A stretch of DNA of 54,085 bases from Candidatus Doudnabacteria bacterium (GCA_028286905.1 JAQBQP010000002.1:122971-177055); one strand, 5' to 3'. Shown: positions 9,648 through 19,341, counted from the first letter of the stretch. Notes: a model not told the origin generated them from the letters alone. Numbers and translations are program-made.

Positions 9648-10433
9648 ATGAAAACAATCGCAATTGACGTTGGCGGTACCAAAATTAAATACGCTTTGTA
9701 TGACGGCAGTTTAAAAAACTTTGAATCAATGCCGACTCCAAAAAATAGAAAAGATTTTTTGTTAGCAATTTTAAAAATTGCAGCCTTGTATCCAGATGTC
9801 AATCAGATTGGAATTGGCTTGCCAGGAATCATTGAAAAAAGCGGCAAGATTTTAAATTTGCCAAACTTAAATTTTCTAAACAATTTTAATATAATCGAAT
9901 ATTTTAGCAAGCCAGGTTTTGATGTTCGAATTGATAACGATGTTAAATGTTACTTGCGCGCTGAAATTAAAAAAGGTCTAGGTAAAAAACATAAAGACTT
10001 TGTTTTGCTATCAATTGGTACCGGCATTGGCGGGGGTATTGTTGTTTCTGGAAAAATATATTCCGGGCAGGGTTCTGCTGGGGAACTGGGGCATATGATT
10101 ATTGATAGCGGCAAAGATCTTTCTTTCTACGCTGCTGGTAAAACTTTGAAAAAGTTTGATAAAAAAGAAATGCAGCGAGTTTCAAAATATCTCGGGTATG
10201 CTTTGATAAATATTATAAATATTTTTGACCCAGAAGCGGTTTTGTTAAGCGGTGGGCTTGTAACAAACCATCTTAAAGAGTTTTTACCAGCTGCGCTTAA
10301 ATATGCTCGTGCGAACTTAATTTCTTCAAAAGCAAAGACGACTCCGGTCTTAAAATCGGAGCTTGGAGAGCAGGCTGGGGTGCTTGGAGCAGGGTTGCTT
10401 TTTGGACCTGGTTCTGGTAAAATAAAAGCGTAA
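9648..10433 (+). CDS. ROK-family sugar kinase
   Basis: IDVGGTK, GLPG, DNDVKC, GTGIGGG, AGELGH, AGVLGA; start taken at ATG 9648 just after the upstream stop. Confidence 0.88.
   Translation: MKTIAIDVGGTKIKYALYDGSLKNFESMPTPKNRKDFLLAILKIAALYPDVNQIGIGLPGIIEKSGKILNLPNLNFLNNFNIIEYFSKPGFDVRIDNDVKCYLRAEIKKGLGKKHKDFVLLSIGTGIGGGIVVSGKIYSGQGSAGELGHMIIDSGKDLSFYAAGKTLKKFDKKEMQRVSKYLGYALINIINIFDPEAVLLSGGLVTNHLKEFLPAALKYARANLISSKAKTTPVLKSELGEQAGVLGAGLLFGPGSGKIKA
10395..10423 (+). promoter_or_regulatory. Sigma70-type promoter for rpsO within the 3' end of the ROK gene
   Basis: TTGCTT-17 nt-TAAAAT with extended TG. Confidence 0.5.
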
Positions 10434-10548
10434 TCAATATTAATTTCCACGATATTTGGGCCGATTTCAAGTGAAAGAAGCTGAGATATTCGTGCAGACA
10501 GATCGCCTTTAAGGAAAGCTTAAAAGCGATACATTGTGAAAGGTAAAG

Positions 10549-10815
10549 ATGTTACAGAAGAAAGACAAGGATGCAATCATCAAGAAGTTTCAAACTCACA
10601 AAGATGATACTGGTTCACCAGAAGTTCAGGTAGCGATTCTTTCAAAAGAAATCGAAGAAGTTTCTGAACACTTGAAAATCCATAAGAAAGACAACCACTC
10701 CCGCAGAGGATTGTTGCAGATGGTTGGAAATCGTCGCAGATTGCTTCGCTACTTAAAGAGCGAAGACGAAAAGCGCTACGACAAGCTTGTCGATAAATTG
10801 AAGCTTAAAAAATAG
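10549..10815 (+). CDS. rpsO: 30S ribosomal protein S15
   Basis: [24 protein letters not shown]. Confidence 0.97.
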   Translation: MLQKKDKDAIIKKFQTHKDDTGSPEVQVAILSKEIEEVSEHLKIHKKDNHSRRGLLQMVGNRRRLLRYLKSEDEKRYDKLVDKLKLKK

Positions 10816-10837
10816 ATTAACGATTTAGTTAGCACGA

Positions 10838-10895
10838 AAGGTCAGCCCTAACTGGTGTTCCTCCGCCAGGAGGTGCGCCGGGAAGGACTGACCTT
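10838..10895 (+). other. Long imperfect RNA hairpin 1 in the rpsO-pnp spacer
   Basis: AAGGTCAG/CTGACCTT, CTGGTG/CGCCGG, CCTCC-GCCA-GGAGG. Confidence 0.65.
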
Positions 10896-10941
10896 GTTAA
10901 AAACCTTGTTAGCAAGGAGTTAGCAAGTTAAAATAATAATC

Positions 10942-11010
10942 GGGACGCGTTGTTGGCAGCCACGTCCGATCGATGCCCTTCGGTCGGACATGATTGCAAA
11001 TAACGTTCCC
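10942..11010 (+). promoter_or_regulatory. Long imperfect RNA hairpin 2 in the pnp leader (candidate RNase III site)
   Basis: GGGA/TCCC, CGTTGTT/AATAACG, GCAG/TTGC, GTCCGATCGA/TCGGTCGGAC; ends just before SD-like GAAAGGT. Confidence 0.6.
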
Positions 11011-11027
11011 AAGCAGAAAGGTACGTT

Positions 11028-13367
11028 ATGGGTTTCTTTAGTAAAAGCGACGATGCTGCAGCGCCTAGCGTTGCTCCGTCAAATGTCGGTTTAGGTGTTA
11101 AAAAAGTTTCCGCACAAATCGGAAGCCAAGAAATAATTTTTGAAACCGGCAAGCTTGCCAAGCAAGCAAATGCTGCTGTAGTTGCCCGACAAGGCGACAC
11201 AGTTGTTTTAGCGACTGCAGTTTTGGGAAGAAAACGGGAAGGCATGGATTATTTCCCACTGCTAGTTGATTATGAAGAAAGATTATACGCAGCAGGAAAG
11301 ATTAAAGGCTCTCGCTGGGTAAAGCGCGAAGGCCGTGCCACTGATGATGCGATTTTAACTGGCAGAGTTATCGACCGTTCGATTCGCCCTTTGTTTCCAG
11401 ATGGAATGCGCAACGACGTTCAGGTTGTTGTTACAGTTTTGTCGATTGATGGCGAAAACCAACCGGATATGCTTTCTGCAAATGCGGCATCCGCAGCTTT
11501 AAACATGTCTGATATTCCTTTTGACGGTCCAATTTCAGTTGTCCGAGTTGGAAAAATTGACGGCGCTTTTGTCTTGAACCCAACTCACGAAGCAATGAAA
11601 ACTGCGCAAATGGATTTGATCGTTTCTGGAACTGCTGAACATGTCTTGATGGTTGAAGCTGGCGCGCAATTAGTTTCCGAAGCAGACATCGTTGGCGGTA
11701 TCAAGTTTGCTCAAAAATATTTGGGCGAACTTTGTGATTTACAAAACAAATTAAGAGAAGCAGCCGGTCTAGAGAAAGCAGTCGTTGATCGAATTGAAAT
11801 CAATCCAGAAATTCTAGAAAAGGTAAAAGCTTACGCAACTGAAGAAAAAATGACTGCTGCGTTGTACGTGCCAGTTAAAGATCAGCGCGATAATAATGTT
11901 AAAGACTTGCAAGAAGAAACAGTTAAAGCAATTACAGCACAATACATTTCTGAGCACAAAGATATCGTTCCGGGTGTTGAAGATGCCGCTGTACTTTTAG
12001 AAGAAGCACAAATCAAAAAAGAAGTGATGGCAGCTTTGGATAAAATCATGAAGAAATTCATGCAGAAAAACATTTTGGATAATGAACGAAGAGTAGACGG
12101 ACGTAAATTGGACGAAACTAGAAACGTCACTTGTGAAGTTGGTATTTTGCCAAGAACGCACGGTTCGGCTTTATTCACTCGCGGTGATACCCAGGTACTT
12201 ACAACTTTAACCTTGGGTTCAAAGGGCGATGAACAATTGTTAGACGGCATGGAAGATCCTGGCGATGGAACGTCAAAAAGATATATCCATCATTATAATT
12301 TCCCTGGCTATTCTGTCGGCGAAGTGGCGCCTTTGCGCGGACCTGGCCGTAGAGAAATTGGGCATGGTGCTTTGGCAGAACGGGCAGTGGAACCAATGAT
12401 TCCTGCCCAAGAAGGGTTCCCTTACACAATGCGTTTAGTATCAGAAGCAATCGCTTCTGATGGTTCTACTTCAATGGCTTCGACCTGCGGCTCTACTTTA
12501 GCGTTGATGGACGGTGGCGTGCCAATCAAAGAAATGATTGGCGGCGTTGCGATGGGCCTGGTCTTAAATGAAGAAACCGGTAAGTTCAAAGTACTTACCG
12601 ACATTGCCGGTATTGAAGATTTTAATGGACATATGGACTTTAAAGTTACTGGAAACGAAAACGGAATTACTGCAATGCAGATGGACGTAAAAGTTAAAGG
12701 GATTACTGTAGAAATTTTGGAACAGGCAATTGCCCAAGCGAAACCAGGGCGCTTACATATTTTAAGCAAAATGAAAGAAGCAATTTCGGCGCCCCGTGCT
12801 GATCTTTCTAAGTATGCTCCAAGAATTGTTTCCTTTAAGATTGATCCAGATAAGATTCGTGAAGTTATTGGCAGTGGCGGAAAAATTATCAACGGCATTA
12901 TTGCTGAAACCGGAGTTAAAATCGATATTGAAGATGATGGTTTGGTAATGGTTACTTCTACCGATGCCGCTGCTTCTGAAAAAGCGGTAAATTGGATTAA
13001 GAGCATTGTTAAAGAAATTGAAGTCGGCGAAGTTTATGAAGGCAAAGTCGTTCGAATTATGACTTTCGGTGCTTTCGTGGAATTAACACCAGGCAAAGAT
13101 GGTATGGTGCATGTTTCTGAATTAGCTAATTATCGCGTAAACAAAGTTGAAGATGTCGTCAAAATTGGCGATACCTTGAAAGTACAAGTTAAAGAAATTG
13201 ATGATCAAGGTCGAGTGAACCTAACTCACAGACCATTTGCAGCTCCTGCTCAGCCAGGACAAAGCGATGGCGGAGATCGTGGGGGCTCGGGCAGCAGACC
13301 AAGCGGCGGCGATCGCGGTCCACGTCGAGATCACGGTGATCACGGCGGTAGAGGATTCGGAAGATAA
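11028..13367 (+). CDS. pnp: Polyribonucleotide nucleotidyltransferase (PNPase)
   Basis: ETGKLAKQA, RVIDRSIRPLF, HGSALFTRG.TQ, RREIGHG, KH (IG.GGK.I) and S1 domains; follows rpsO. Confidence 0.97.
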   Translation: MGFFSKSDDAAAPSVAPSNVGLGVKKVSAQIGSQEIIFETGKLAKQANAAVVARQGDTVVLATAVLGRKREGMDYFPLLVDYEERLYAAGKIKGSRWVKREGRATDDAILTGRVIDRSIRPLFPDGMRNDVQVVVTVLSIDGENQPDMLSANAASAALNMSDIPFDGPISVVRVGKIDGAFVLNPTHEAMKTAQMDLIVSGTAEHVLMVEAGAQLVSEADIVGGIKFAQKYLGELCDLQNKLREAAGLEKAVVDRIEINPEILEKVKAYATEEKMTAALYVPVKDQRDNNVKDLQEETVKAITAQYISEHKDIVPGVEDAAVLLEEAQIKKEVMAALDKIMKKFMQKNILDNERRVDGRKLDETRNVTCEVGILPRTHGSALFTRGDTQVLTTLTLGSKGDEQLLDGMEDPGDGTSKRYIHHYNFPGYSVGEVAPLRGPGRREIGHGALAERAVEPMIPAQEGFPYTMRLVSEAIASDGSTSMASTCGSTLALMDGGVPIKEMIGGVAMGLVLNEETGKFKVLTDIAGIEDFNGHMDFKVTGNENGITAMQMDVKVKGITVEILEQAIAQAKPGRLHILSKMKEAISAPRADLSKYAPRIVSFKIDPDKIREVIGSGGKIINGIIAETGVKIDIEDDGLVMVTSTDAAASEKAVNWIKSIVKEIEVGEVYEGKVVRIMTFGAFVELTPGKDGMVHVSELANYRVNKVEDVVKIGDTLKVQVKEIDDQGRVNLTHRPFAAPAQPGQSDGGDRGGSGSRPSGGDRGPRRDHGDHGGRGFGR

Positions 13368-13370
13368 ATT

Positions 13371-13397
13371 AAAAACTCCGCCTAATGGCGGAGTTTT
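13371..13397 (+). terminator. Intrinsic terminator after pnp
   Basis: AAAAACTCCGCC-TAAT-GGCGGAGTTTT. Confidence 0.85.
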
Positions 13398-13407
13398 ATA
13401 AACTACT

Positions 13408-14610
13408 ATGAAATACTTTGAGATTTTAAAAAAAGATCAAAAGAGCAAAGCACGGCTAGGCGTCATTCATACCGCGCATGGCGACGTTCACACGCCGTAC
13501 TTTAATCCGATTGGAACAAAAGGCACTGTAAAAAGTGTTACATCCGAGGAGTTAAAGTTTTGGGGCGCTGAAATGATTTTGGCGAACACCTACCATCTGT
13601 GGCAGCGACCGGGCGATGCTTTAATTTACAAAGCCGGAGGCTTGCACGCTTTTATGAATTGGAAACAAGCAATCTTTACTGATAGCGGCGGCTACCAGGT
13701 TTTTTCTTTGGCAAAAATGCGCCAAGTTATGGAAGTTGGAGTTTTATTCCGTTTTGATATGGATGGTCGTGCAGAGATTTTGTCTCCGGAAAAATCAATT
13801 CAAATTCAATCAAATTTAGGTAGCGACGTCGCTCTGATTTTAGACGACTTTCCTGGATATCCATTCGAGTACGAAAGAACCAAGCAAGCAATTGAACAAA
13901 CCACTCGTTGGGCAGAACGCGCTGTTTCAGAATATTTAAAAATAATGACCGCCGGCGATCCAATTAATCCTGGGCAAAAACTTTGGGGCATTGTTCAAGG
14001 CGCTTCTTTTCCAGACCTTCGGGAGCAAAGTGCTAAAGAAATTCGGGCTTTGGACTTTCCTGGTTATGCAATCGGAGGGGTAGCCGTAGGTGAGCCAACC
14101 GAAGACATGCTCAAAGCGGTGGACATGGCGATCCCGCATTTAGAAGAAGATAAGCCGAAGCATTTGTTAGGCGTTGGCACTCCTTATGATATCGTGCAAG
14201 CGGTGGCCCGCGGTTGTGATTCTTTTGATTGTGTTATTCCAACCCGCGAAGCGCGCCATGGCCGTTTGTATATTTCTGCCCGAGACTCCAGCGGCAAAGA
14301 TTCATACAAAACTATTGATATTCGAAAAGCGGAATTTGCTGAAGATTTTACGCCGGTAGATAATGAATGTGATTGTTATGGTTGCTTGAACCATACGCGC
14401 GGTTATATTCGACATTTGTTTGCAGCGCAAGAAGCTTTGTCTATAAGACTCGCAACGATGCACAATATAAAATACTACCTGAACTTAATGAAAAAAGTGC
14501 GTACTGCAATTGAAAATGATTATTTTGACGATTTTCTCGCAGGTTTTAAAGATCTTACAGAACGCGATTCCGAAGGAAATGCTTCAAGTCCTTCAGAGAA
14601 CGCTTTGTAG
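13408..14610 (+). CDS. tgt: tRNA-guanine transglycosylase
   Basis: LANTYHL, TDSGGYQVFSL, GIVQG, DSFDCVIPTR, Zn motif CDCYGC..H. Confidence 0.95.
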   Translation: MKYFEILKKDQKSKARLGVIHTAHGDVHTPYFNPIGTKGTVKSVTSEELKFWGAEMILANTYHLWQRPGDALIYKAGGLHAFMNWKQAIFTDSGGYQVFSLAKMRQVMEVGVLFRFDMDGRAEILSPEKSIQIQSNLGSDVALILDDFPGYPFEYERTKQAIEQTTRWAERAVSEYLKIMTAGDPINPGQKLWGIVQGASFPDLREQSAKEIRALDFPGYAIGGVAVGEPTEDMLKAVDMAIPHLEEDKPKHLLGVGTPYDIVQAVARGCDSFDCVIPTREARHGRLYISARDSSGKDSYKTIDIRKAEFAEDFTPVDNECDCYGCLNHTRGYIRHLFAAQEALSIRLATMHNIKYYLNLMKKVRTAIENDYFDDFLAGFKDLTERDSEGNASSPSENAL

Positions 14611-14685
14611 GCCACCAACAATGCTGAATTTTGTCGTGAAAGCCCAGACGACGATTTTATCAAAATAGCCCAAAACCTCACTTTT

Positions 14686-14694
14686 TGTTATACT
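14686..14694 (+). promoter_or_regulatory. Extended -10, probable leaderless promoter of glyQS
   Basis: TGTTATACT ends 6 nt before ATG 14701. Confidence 0.55.
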
Positions 14695-14700
14695 TTTAGC

Positions 14701-16116
14701 ATGACTGAAAAAGAAAAAACTCAAAGTGACCCTAAAGATTTAATGGAAAAGCTTGTTTCTCTATGTAAGAGACGCGGTTTTGTATTTCCTGGTAGTGAGA
14801 TTTATGGTGGACTAGCAAACTCTTGGGACTACGGTCCATTAGGTGTGGAGCTTAAGAATAATATAAAAAAACTTTGGTGGAAAAAGTTTGTTCAAGAACG
14901 TGGAGACATGGTGGGCCTGGACGCCGCTTTGGTTATGAATCCAAAAGTTTGGGAAGCGAGCGGGCACGTCGCCACTTTTAACGATCCATTAGTAGAAGAC
15001 AAAAAGACTCATGAAAGATTTCGCTTAGATCATTTGTTGGAAGCTGCGGGAGAAAATGTATCGGGCTTAGGCTTTGAAGCCATGGCAGCCAAAGCTAAAG
15101 AAATAAATTTAAAAAGCCCAAAAGGAAATGAGTTAACAGATGCCAAGCAGTTCAACATGATGTTGGAGACTTATTTGGGTCCGGTAAAAGATGAAGAAAA
15201 TAAAGTTTATTTTCGTCCGGAAACCGCACAAGCGATTTTTGTGGATTTTCAGAACAGCTTAGAAACATCCCGCCAAAGAATTCCTTTTGGTATTGCGCAA
15301 ATCGGTAAAGCTTTTAGGAATGAAATTACTCCTGGTAATTTTATTTTCCGTACCCGGGAATTTGAACAAATGGAAATTGAATATTTTGTGAAGCCAACCG
15401 AATGGGAAAAATATTTTGAAGAATGGTTAGAAAATATGAAATCCTGGATGCGCGATATTGGAATTTCTGAAGACAAATTACATTTCGTTGAAATTGCAGA
15501 AGCAGACCGCGCTCATTATTCAAAGCGCACCATTGATGTAGAATTTGATTATCCTTTTGGACAAAAAGAGCTTTATGGCTTAGCCTATCGCGGCGATTTC
15601 GATTTAAAGAGTCATCAGGATAAGTCTAGACAAGATTTGGAATATAGAGATCCAGAAACAAATGAAAAATATTTACCGCATGTGATCGAGCCGAGTTTTG
15701 GTGTAGATCGTACAATTCTCGCGGTTTTAATTTCTGCTTATACTGAAATTGAAGGGGGCAGATCAACCACTACGGAAGCAATCAAGGAGGCGGAAGTGGT
15801 TCTTCGGCTTGATAAAAAAATCGCACCGATCAAAATTGCAATTTTACCTTTGTCCAAAAAAGAAGAACTATCGGTACCAGCTAAGCAATTAGCCGATAAA
15901 CTGCGCAAGCGCTGGATGATTATGTATGATGAAAGCCAATCGATCGGTAAGCGTTATCGTCGTCAGGACGAGATCGGTACTCCTTATTGTATTACAATCG
16001 ATTTTGATTCGTTAGAAGATAAAAAAGTTACAGTTCGAGATCGTGATACGATGCTACAGGAAAGAATTGCAATTGACGATCTTGAAAACTATTTTAAAGA
16101 AAAATTGGATTACTAA
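14701..16116 (+). CDS. glyQS: Glycine-tRNA ligase, alpha2 type
   Basis: SLCKRRGF, RPETAQ, FRNEITPGNFIFRTREFEQME, VIEPSFG, IGKRYRRQDEIG. Confidence 0.96.
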   Translation: MTEKEKTQSDPKDLMEKLVSLCKRRGFVFPGSEIYGGLANSWDYGPLGVELKNNIKKLWWKKFVQERGDMVGLDAALVMNPKVWEASGHVATFNDPLVEDKKTHERFRLDHLLEAAGENVSGLGFEAMAAKAKEINLKSPKGNELTDAKQFNMMLETYLGPVKDEENKVYFRPETAQAIFVDFQNSLETSRQRIPFGIAQIGKAFRNEITPGNFIFRTREFEQMEIEYFVKPTEWEKYFEEWLENMKSWMRDIGISEDKLHFVEIAEADRAHYSKRTIDVEFDYPFGQKELYGLAYRGDFDLKSHQDKSRQDLEYRDPETNEKYLPHVIEPSFGVDRTILAVLISAYTEIEGGRSTTTEAIKEAEVVLRLDKKIAPIKIAILPLSKKEELSVPAKQLADKLRKRWMIMYDESQSIGKRYRRQDEIGTPYCITIDFDSLEDKKVTVRDRDTMLQERIAIDDLENYFKEKLDY

Positions 16117-16119
16117 TAG

Positions 16120-17400
16120 ATGGATTACATTCACAAGAAATATAAAAACGGTTTGAATGCTTTCTTAGTAAATTTGCCTGATGCTGAATCAGTGCTTTTT
16201 ACTATTATGGTAAAGGTTGGCAGCCGTTACGAAACAATTGAGATTTCCGGTATCTCACATTTTTTAGAGCACCTATTCTTTAAAGGAAGCACCGCTTACC
16301 CGAACCCAACTGACATTTCCCAAATTGTGGATGCGATTGGCGGGGACTTTAATGCTTCTACTTCAAAGGAATTGACCGAGTTTTATATCAAAGCAGAAAA
16401 ACACCACTTTAGTTTAATCTTTGATGTGCTCAGTGATATGATTATCAATCCTTTGTTTAATGAAGTAGAAATTGAAAAAGAGAAAGGAGTGGTGCTGGAA
16501 GAAATAAATTTGTATCAAGATAACCCTGGGGCTCAAGTCGAAAGTAATTTAGAGAAAACGATGTGGCCGAAATCACCACTTGGCTGGGAAATTTTAGGTA
16601 CCAAAGAAACGATTCAAAAAATGACTCGTCAACAGATTTTTGATTACAAACAAACATACTACCAGCCTTCAAATATTATTTTAGGAATCAGCGGTAATTT
16701 TGATGTTGCCGCAGCACAAGAAAAAATAAATAAAACTTGGGCAGTTTTACCCAACAAAAAGACTCCTACTTTTAAAAAGGTAACCGAAAAGCAAAGCGGT
16801 TCGTACATCGATATTGAGTTTAAACAAACTCAGCAAGCGCATTTGACCCTAGGATTTAAGAGCTACGAACATGATAATAAGAAGAACGTTGCTACTTTTT
16901 TGCTAGCAAATATTTTGGGCAGCGGCATGAGCTCCAGACTCTTTGTAATTATTCGGGAACAAAAAGGCTTAGCTTATTATATCAGCGCTTCAAATAGTCC
17001 GTACTTTGATGTCGGGAATTTTACAATTCATGCCGGGTTGAAGATTAGTAACACCAAAGACGCTTTAATCGAAATTTTGAGTGAACTACGAAAAATCAAA
17101 TCCGATCGTGTTTCAGAAATTGAATTAAGGAGAGCAAAAGATTATGTTAAAGGAAAAATGGCATTGGCTCAAGAAGAACGTCATCGCAAATTGGACTGGG
17201 TTGTCGACCATTTTGCATTTTCGGGCAAAATTAAAACTTTAGAAGAATTTTATAAACGTTTAGAAGCAGTGACGGCTGAAGATATTCGAAATGTTGCCAA
17301 TGAAATTTTTGATAATGATAAAATGACTATGGCTTTGATCGGCCCATTCAAAAACCTTAAGGAGTTTAAAAAAGAATTACACTTAAAGAAGAATTTTTAA
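16120..17400 (+). CDS. M16 family Zn peptidase
   Basis: GSRYE, inverted zinc motif HFLEH, SSRLF..IRE..GLAY. Confidence 0.92.
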   Translation: MDYIHKKYKNGLNAFLVNLPDAESVLFTIMVKVGSRYETIEISGISHFLEHLFFKGSTAYPNPTDISQIVDAIGGDFNASTSKELTEFYIKAEKHHFSLIFDVLSDMIINPLFNEVEIEKEKGVVLEEINLYQDNPGAQVESNLEKTMWPKSPLGWEILGTKETIQKMTRQQIFDYKQTYYQPSNIILGISGNFDVAAAQEKINKTWAVLPNKKTPTFKKVTEKQSGSYIDIEFKQTQQAHLTLGFKSYEHDNKKNVATFLLANILGSGMSSRLFVIIREQKGLAYYISASNSPYFDVGNFTIHAGLKISNTKDALIEILSELRKIKSDRVSEIELRRAKDYVKGKMALAQEERHRKLDWVVDHFAFSGKIKTLEEFYKRLEAVTAEDIRNVANEIFDNDKMTMALIGPFKNLKEFKKELHLKKNF

Positions 17401-17404
17401 ATAT

Positions 17405-18268
17405 ATGAAAATAGGTTGTCATGTCTCGATTGCTGGAGGAATAGAAAATGCTGCTGGTCGGGCAGCAGAGTTTGGTTGCGAAACTTTCCAAATTTTCACC
17501 CGCTCTCCGCAAGGCGGCAAAGCGCCGGATATAAAAGAATCAACAATCCAAAATTTAAAAGAAGAAATGCAAAAGCATGATATTTCAGAATTTGTGGTGC
17601 ATGCTCCGTACTTTATAAATTTTGGCAGTATTAAGAAAAATATATTTTATGGCTCAGTTGCTGTGGTCCGCGATGAACTGGAAAGATCGTCTCAACTTGG
17701 GGCGCGCTTTTTGATGACTCATTTGGGAACTTTTAAAGAGATTGGCGAAGAAAAAGGAATGGAGCAGGTCATTGATGGGCTGCAAAAAGTCCTAAAAGAC
17801 TATGATGGCTCGACTGAATTTTTATTAGAAATCGCGGCCGGAGCAGGCGAGGTCATTGGCGACACTTTTGATGAACTTGGCAGGTTGTCAGCGGAGCTAA
17901 AGAAAATGAAAGGGTTTGGTGGAATCTGTTTGGATACTCAACATGCTTTTTCGTCGGGATACGATTTGAGAACAGCGCCAACTATAAAAAAAGTTTTTAA
18001 AGACTTTGATACAAAAATTGGTATGGAATATTTAAGAATGTCGCATATCAACGATTCGAAAGTTGAGCTAGGCGGAAAAAAGGATCGACATGATCATATC
18101 GGGGAAGGACATATCGGCAAGACTGGTTTTAAAGAATTTCTAAGCTTTTGGCAGGCGCATGAGAAGAAAACAAAGGACGAAAAACCTTTGATTTTGGAAA
18201 CAGAACATGATAAAGTGATGGAAGATATCAAGCAATTAAAGGCGATTCGCAAGAGTTTGAAAGCCTAG
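17405..18268 (+). CDS. nfo: Endonuclease IV
   Basis: IGCHVSIAGG, HAPYFIN, CLDTQH, HINDSK..DRH, ILET. Confidence 0.93.
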   Translation: MKIGCHVSIAGGIENAAGRAAEFGCETFQIFTRSPQGGKAPDIKESTIQNLKEEMQKHDISEFVVHAPYFINFGSIKKNIFYGSVAVVRDELERSSQLGARFLMTHLGTFKEIGEEKGMEQVIDGLQKVLKDYDGSTEFLLEIAAGAGEVIGDTFDELGRLSAELKKMKGFGGICLDTQHAFSSGYDLRTAPTIKKVFKDFDTKIGMEYLRMSHINDSKVELGGKKDRHDHIGEGHIGKTGFKEFLSFWQAHEKKTKDEKPLILETEHDKVMEDIKQLKAIRKSLKA

Positions 18269-18280
18269 AAATGGAATAAA

Positions 18281-19321
18281 ATGTTCTCCAATTCAAAAGA
18301 CATCGGCATTAGTACAGGCACGCTTTTAAAAATAATCGGGCTAGGGCTGCTTTTATTTTTCCTTTGGCAAGTTCGCGACATCTTAATCTTACTTTTAATT
18401 GCGATTACCTTGGCTTCGGCTTTGGAGCCACTGGTCGGCTTTTTAAATAGCAGAAAAATCCCTCGTGCGGTAAGCGTGCTCTCGGTTTATATTTTGGCAA
18501 TCGCTTTCGTAATTTTAATTGGCTACTTAGTTGTGCCGACGGTGATTAGTCAATTTGCTCAGCTTAGTAATTCTCAAGATCTTGGCGCTACCTTTCAGCA
18601 GAAGCTGGGCTCGAATGCTATGCTAAATTCTTTGCATCTTTCAGATCTTATTACCCGAAACATTCAATCAATGACCGGACAGTTTTCTAGCCTTTCAAAT
18701 AATTTTTTCCAAAAAACTTTAGGGTTCTTTAGCGGCTTCATCGAAGTGATCGCGGTAATGGTCATCTCTTTTTATTTACTTGCTGAAAAGACCGGAATGA
18801 AAAAGTTTGTTTACACTTTAGTACCAAAGCAGTATGAAGCCGAGGCTTTGCATTTGATTAGCAAAATTCAAAGAAAAATTGGTTTGTGGCTAATTGGTCA
18901 GTTAATTATTTCTGCAATTATTTTTGCTGTAACTTTTGTAGCGCTGTCCTTGCTTGGAGTGAAATTTGCATTAGTCTTAGCAATCTTAGCTGGCTTCTTT
19001 GAATTAATTCCATATATTGGTCCAATCATTTCTGCCATTCCGGCAATTTTCTTTGCATTTTTGCAATCGCCAACCTTAGCATTAGTTGTGGTGGTAATGT
19101 ATATTTTCTTGCAAAAACTAGAAGGTTACATTTTGGTGCCAAAGATTATGGAAAAAACTATTGGAGTTTCGCCTTTGGTAATCTTGGTTGCAATATTAAC
19201 TGGTTATCAGTTGGCAGGAATTCTTGGAATTTTGTTGGCCGTGCCGATGGTGGCGGCGATAAATGTCGTGGTTGAAGAATGGGACACTTTAAAAACTTTG
19301 AAAAGTGAACAACCTAGCTAG
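18281..19321 (+). CDS. AI-2E family transporter
   Basis: Multi-TM; ELIPYIGP, Q.LEG..L.P, GILLAVP. Confidence 0.88.
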   Translation: MFSNSKDIGISTGTLLKIIGLGLLLFFLWQVRDILILLLIAITLASALEPLVGFLNSRKIPRAVSVLSVYILAIAFVILIGYLVVPTVISQFAQLSNSQDLGATFQQKLGSNAMLNSLHLSDLITRNIQSMTGQFSSLSNNFFQKTLGFFSGFIEVIAVMVISFYLLAEKTGMKKFVYTLVPKQYEAEALHLISKIQRKIGLWLIGQLIISAIIFAVTFVALSLLGVKFALVLAILAGFFELIPYIGPIISAIPAIFFAFLQSPTLALVVVVMYIFLQKLEGYILVPKIMEKTIGVSPLVILVAILTGYQLAGILGILLAVPMVAAINVVVEEWDTLKTLKSEQPS

Positions 19322-19341
19322 TTAAAATTTAAACACTGAAC

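Noticed and set aside
10921-10936. TAGCAAGTTAAAATAA, a 16-nt match to the S. pyogenes Cas9 tracrRNA/sgRNA scaffold
   Set aside because: The match stops before GGCTAGTCCG, is AT-rich, and I saw no cas gene, CRISPR repeat or complementary GTTTTAGAGCTA in the window; treated as coincidence.
10838-11010. SRP 4.5S RNA or a known riboswitch in the rpsO-pnp spacer
   Set aside because: The SRP helix-8 signature (CAGG..GGAA..AGCAG) is absent and I recognised no aptamer consensus.
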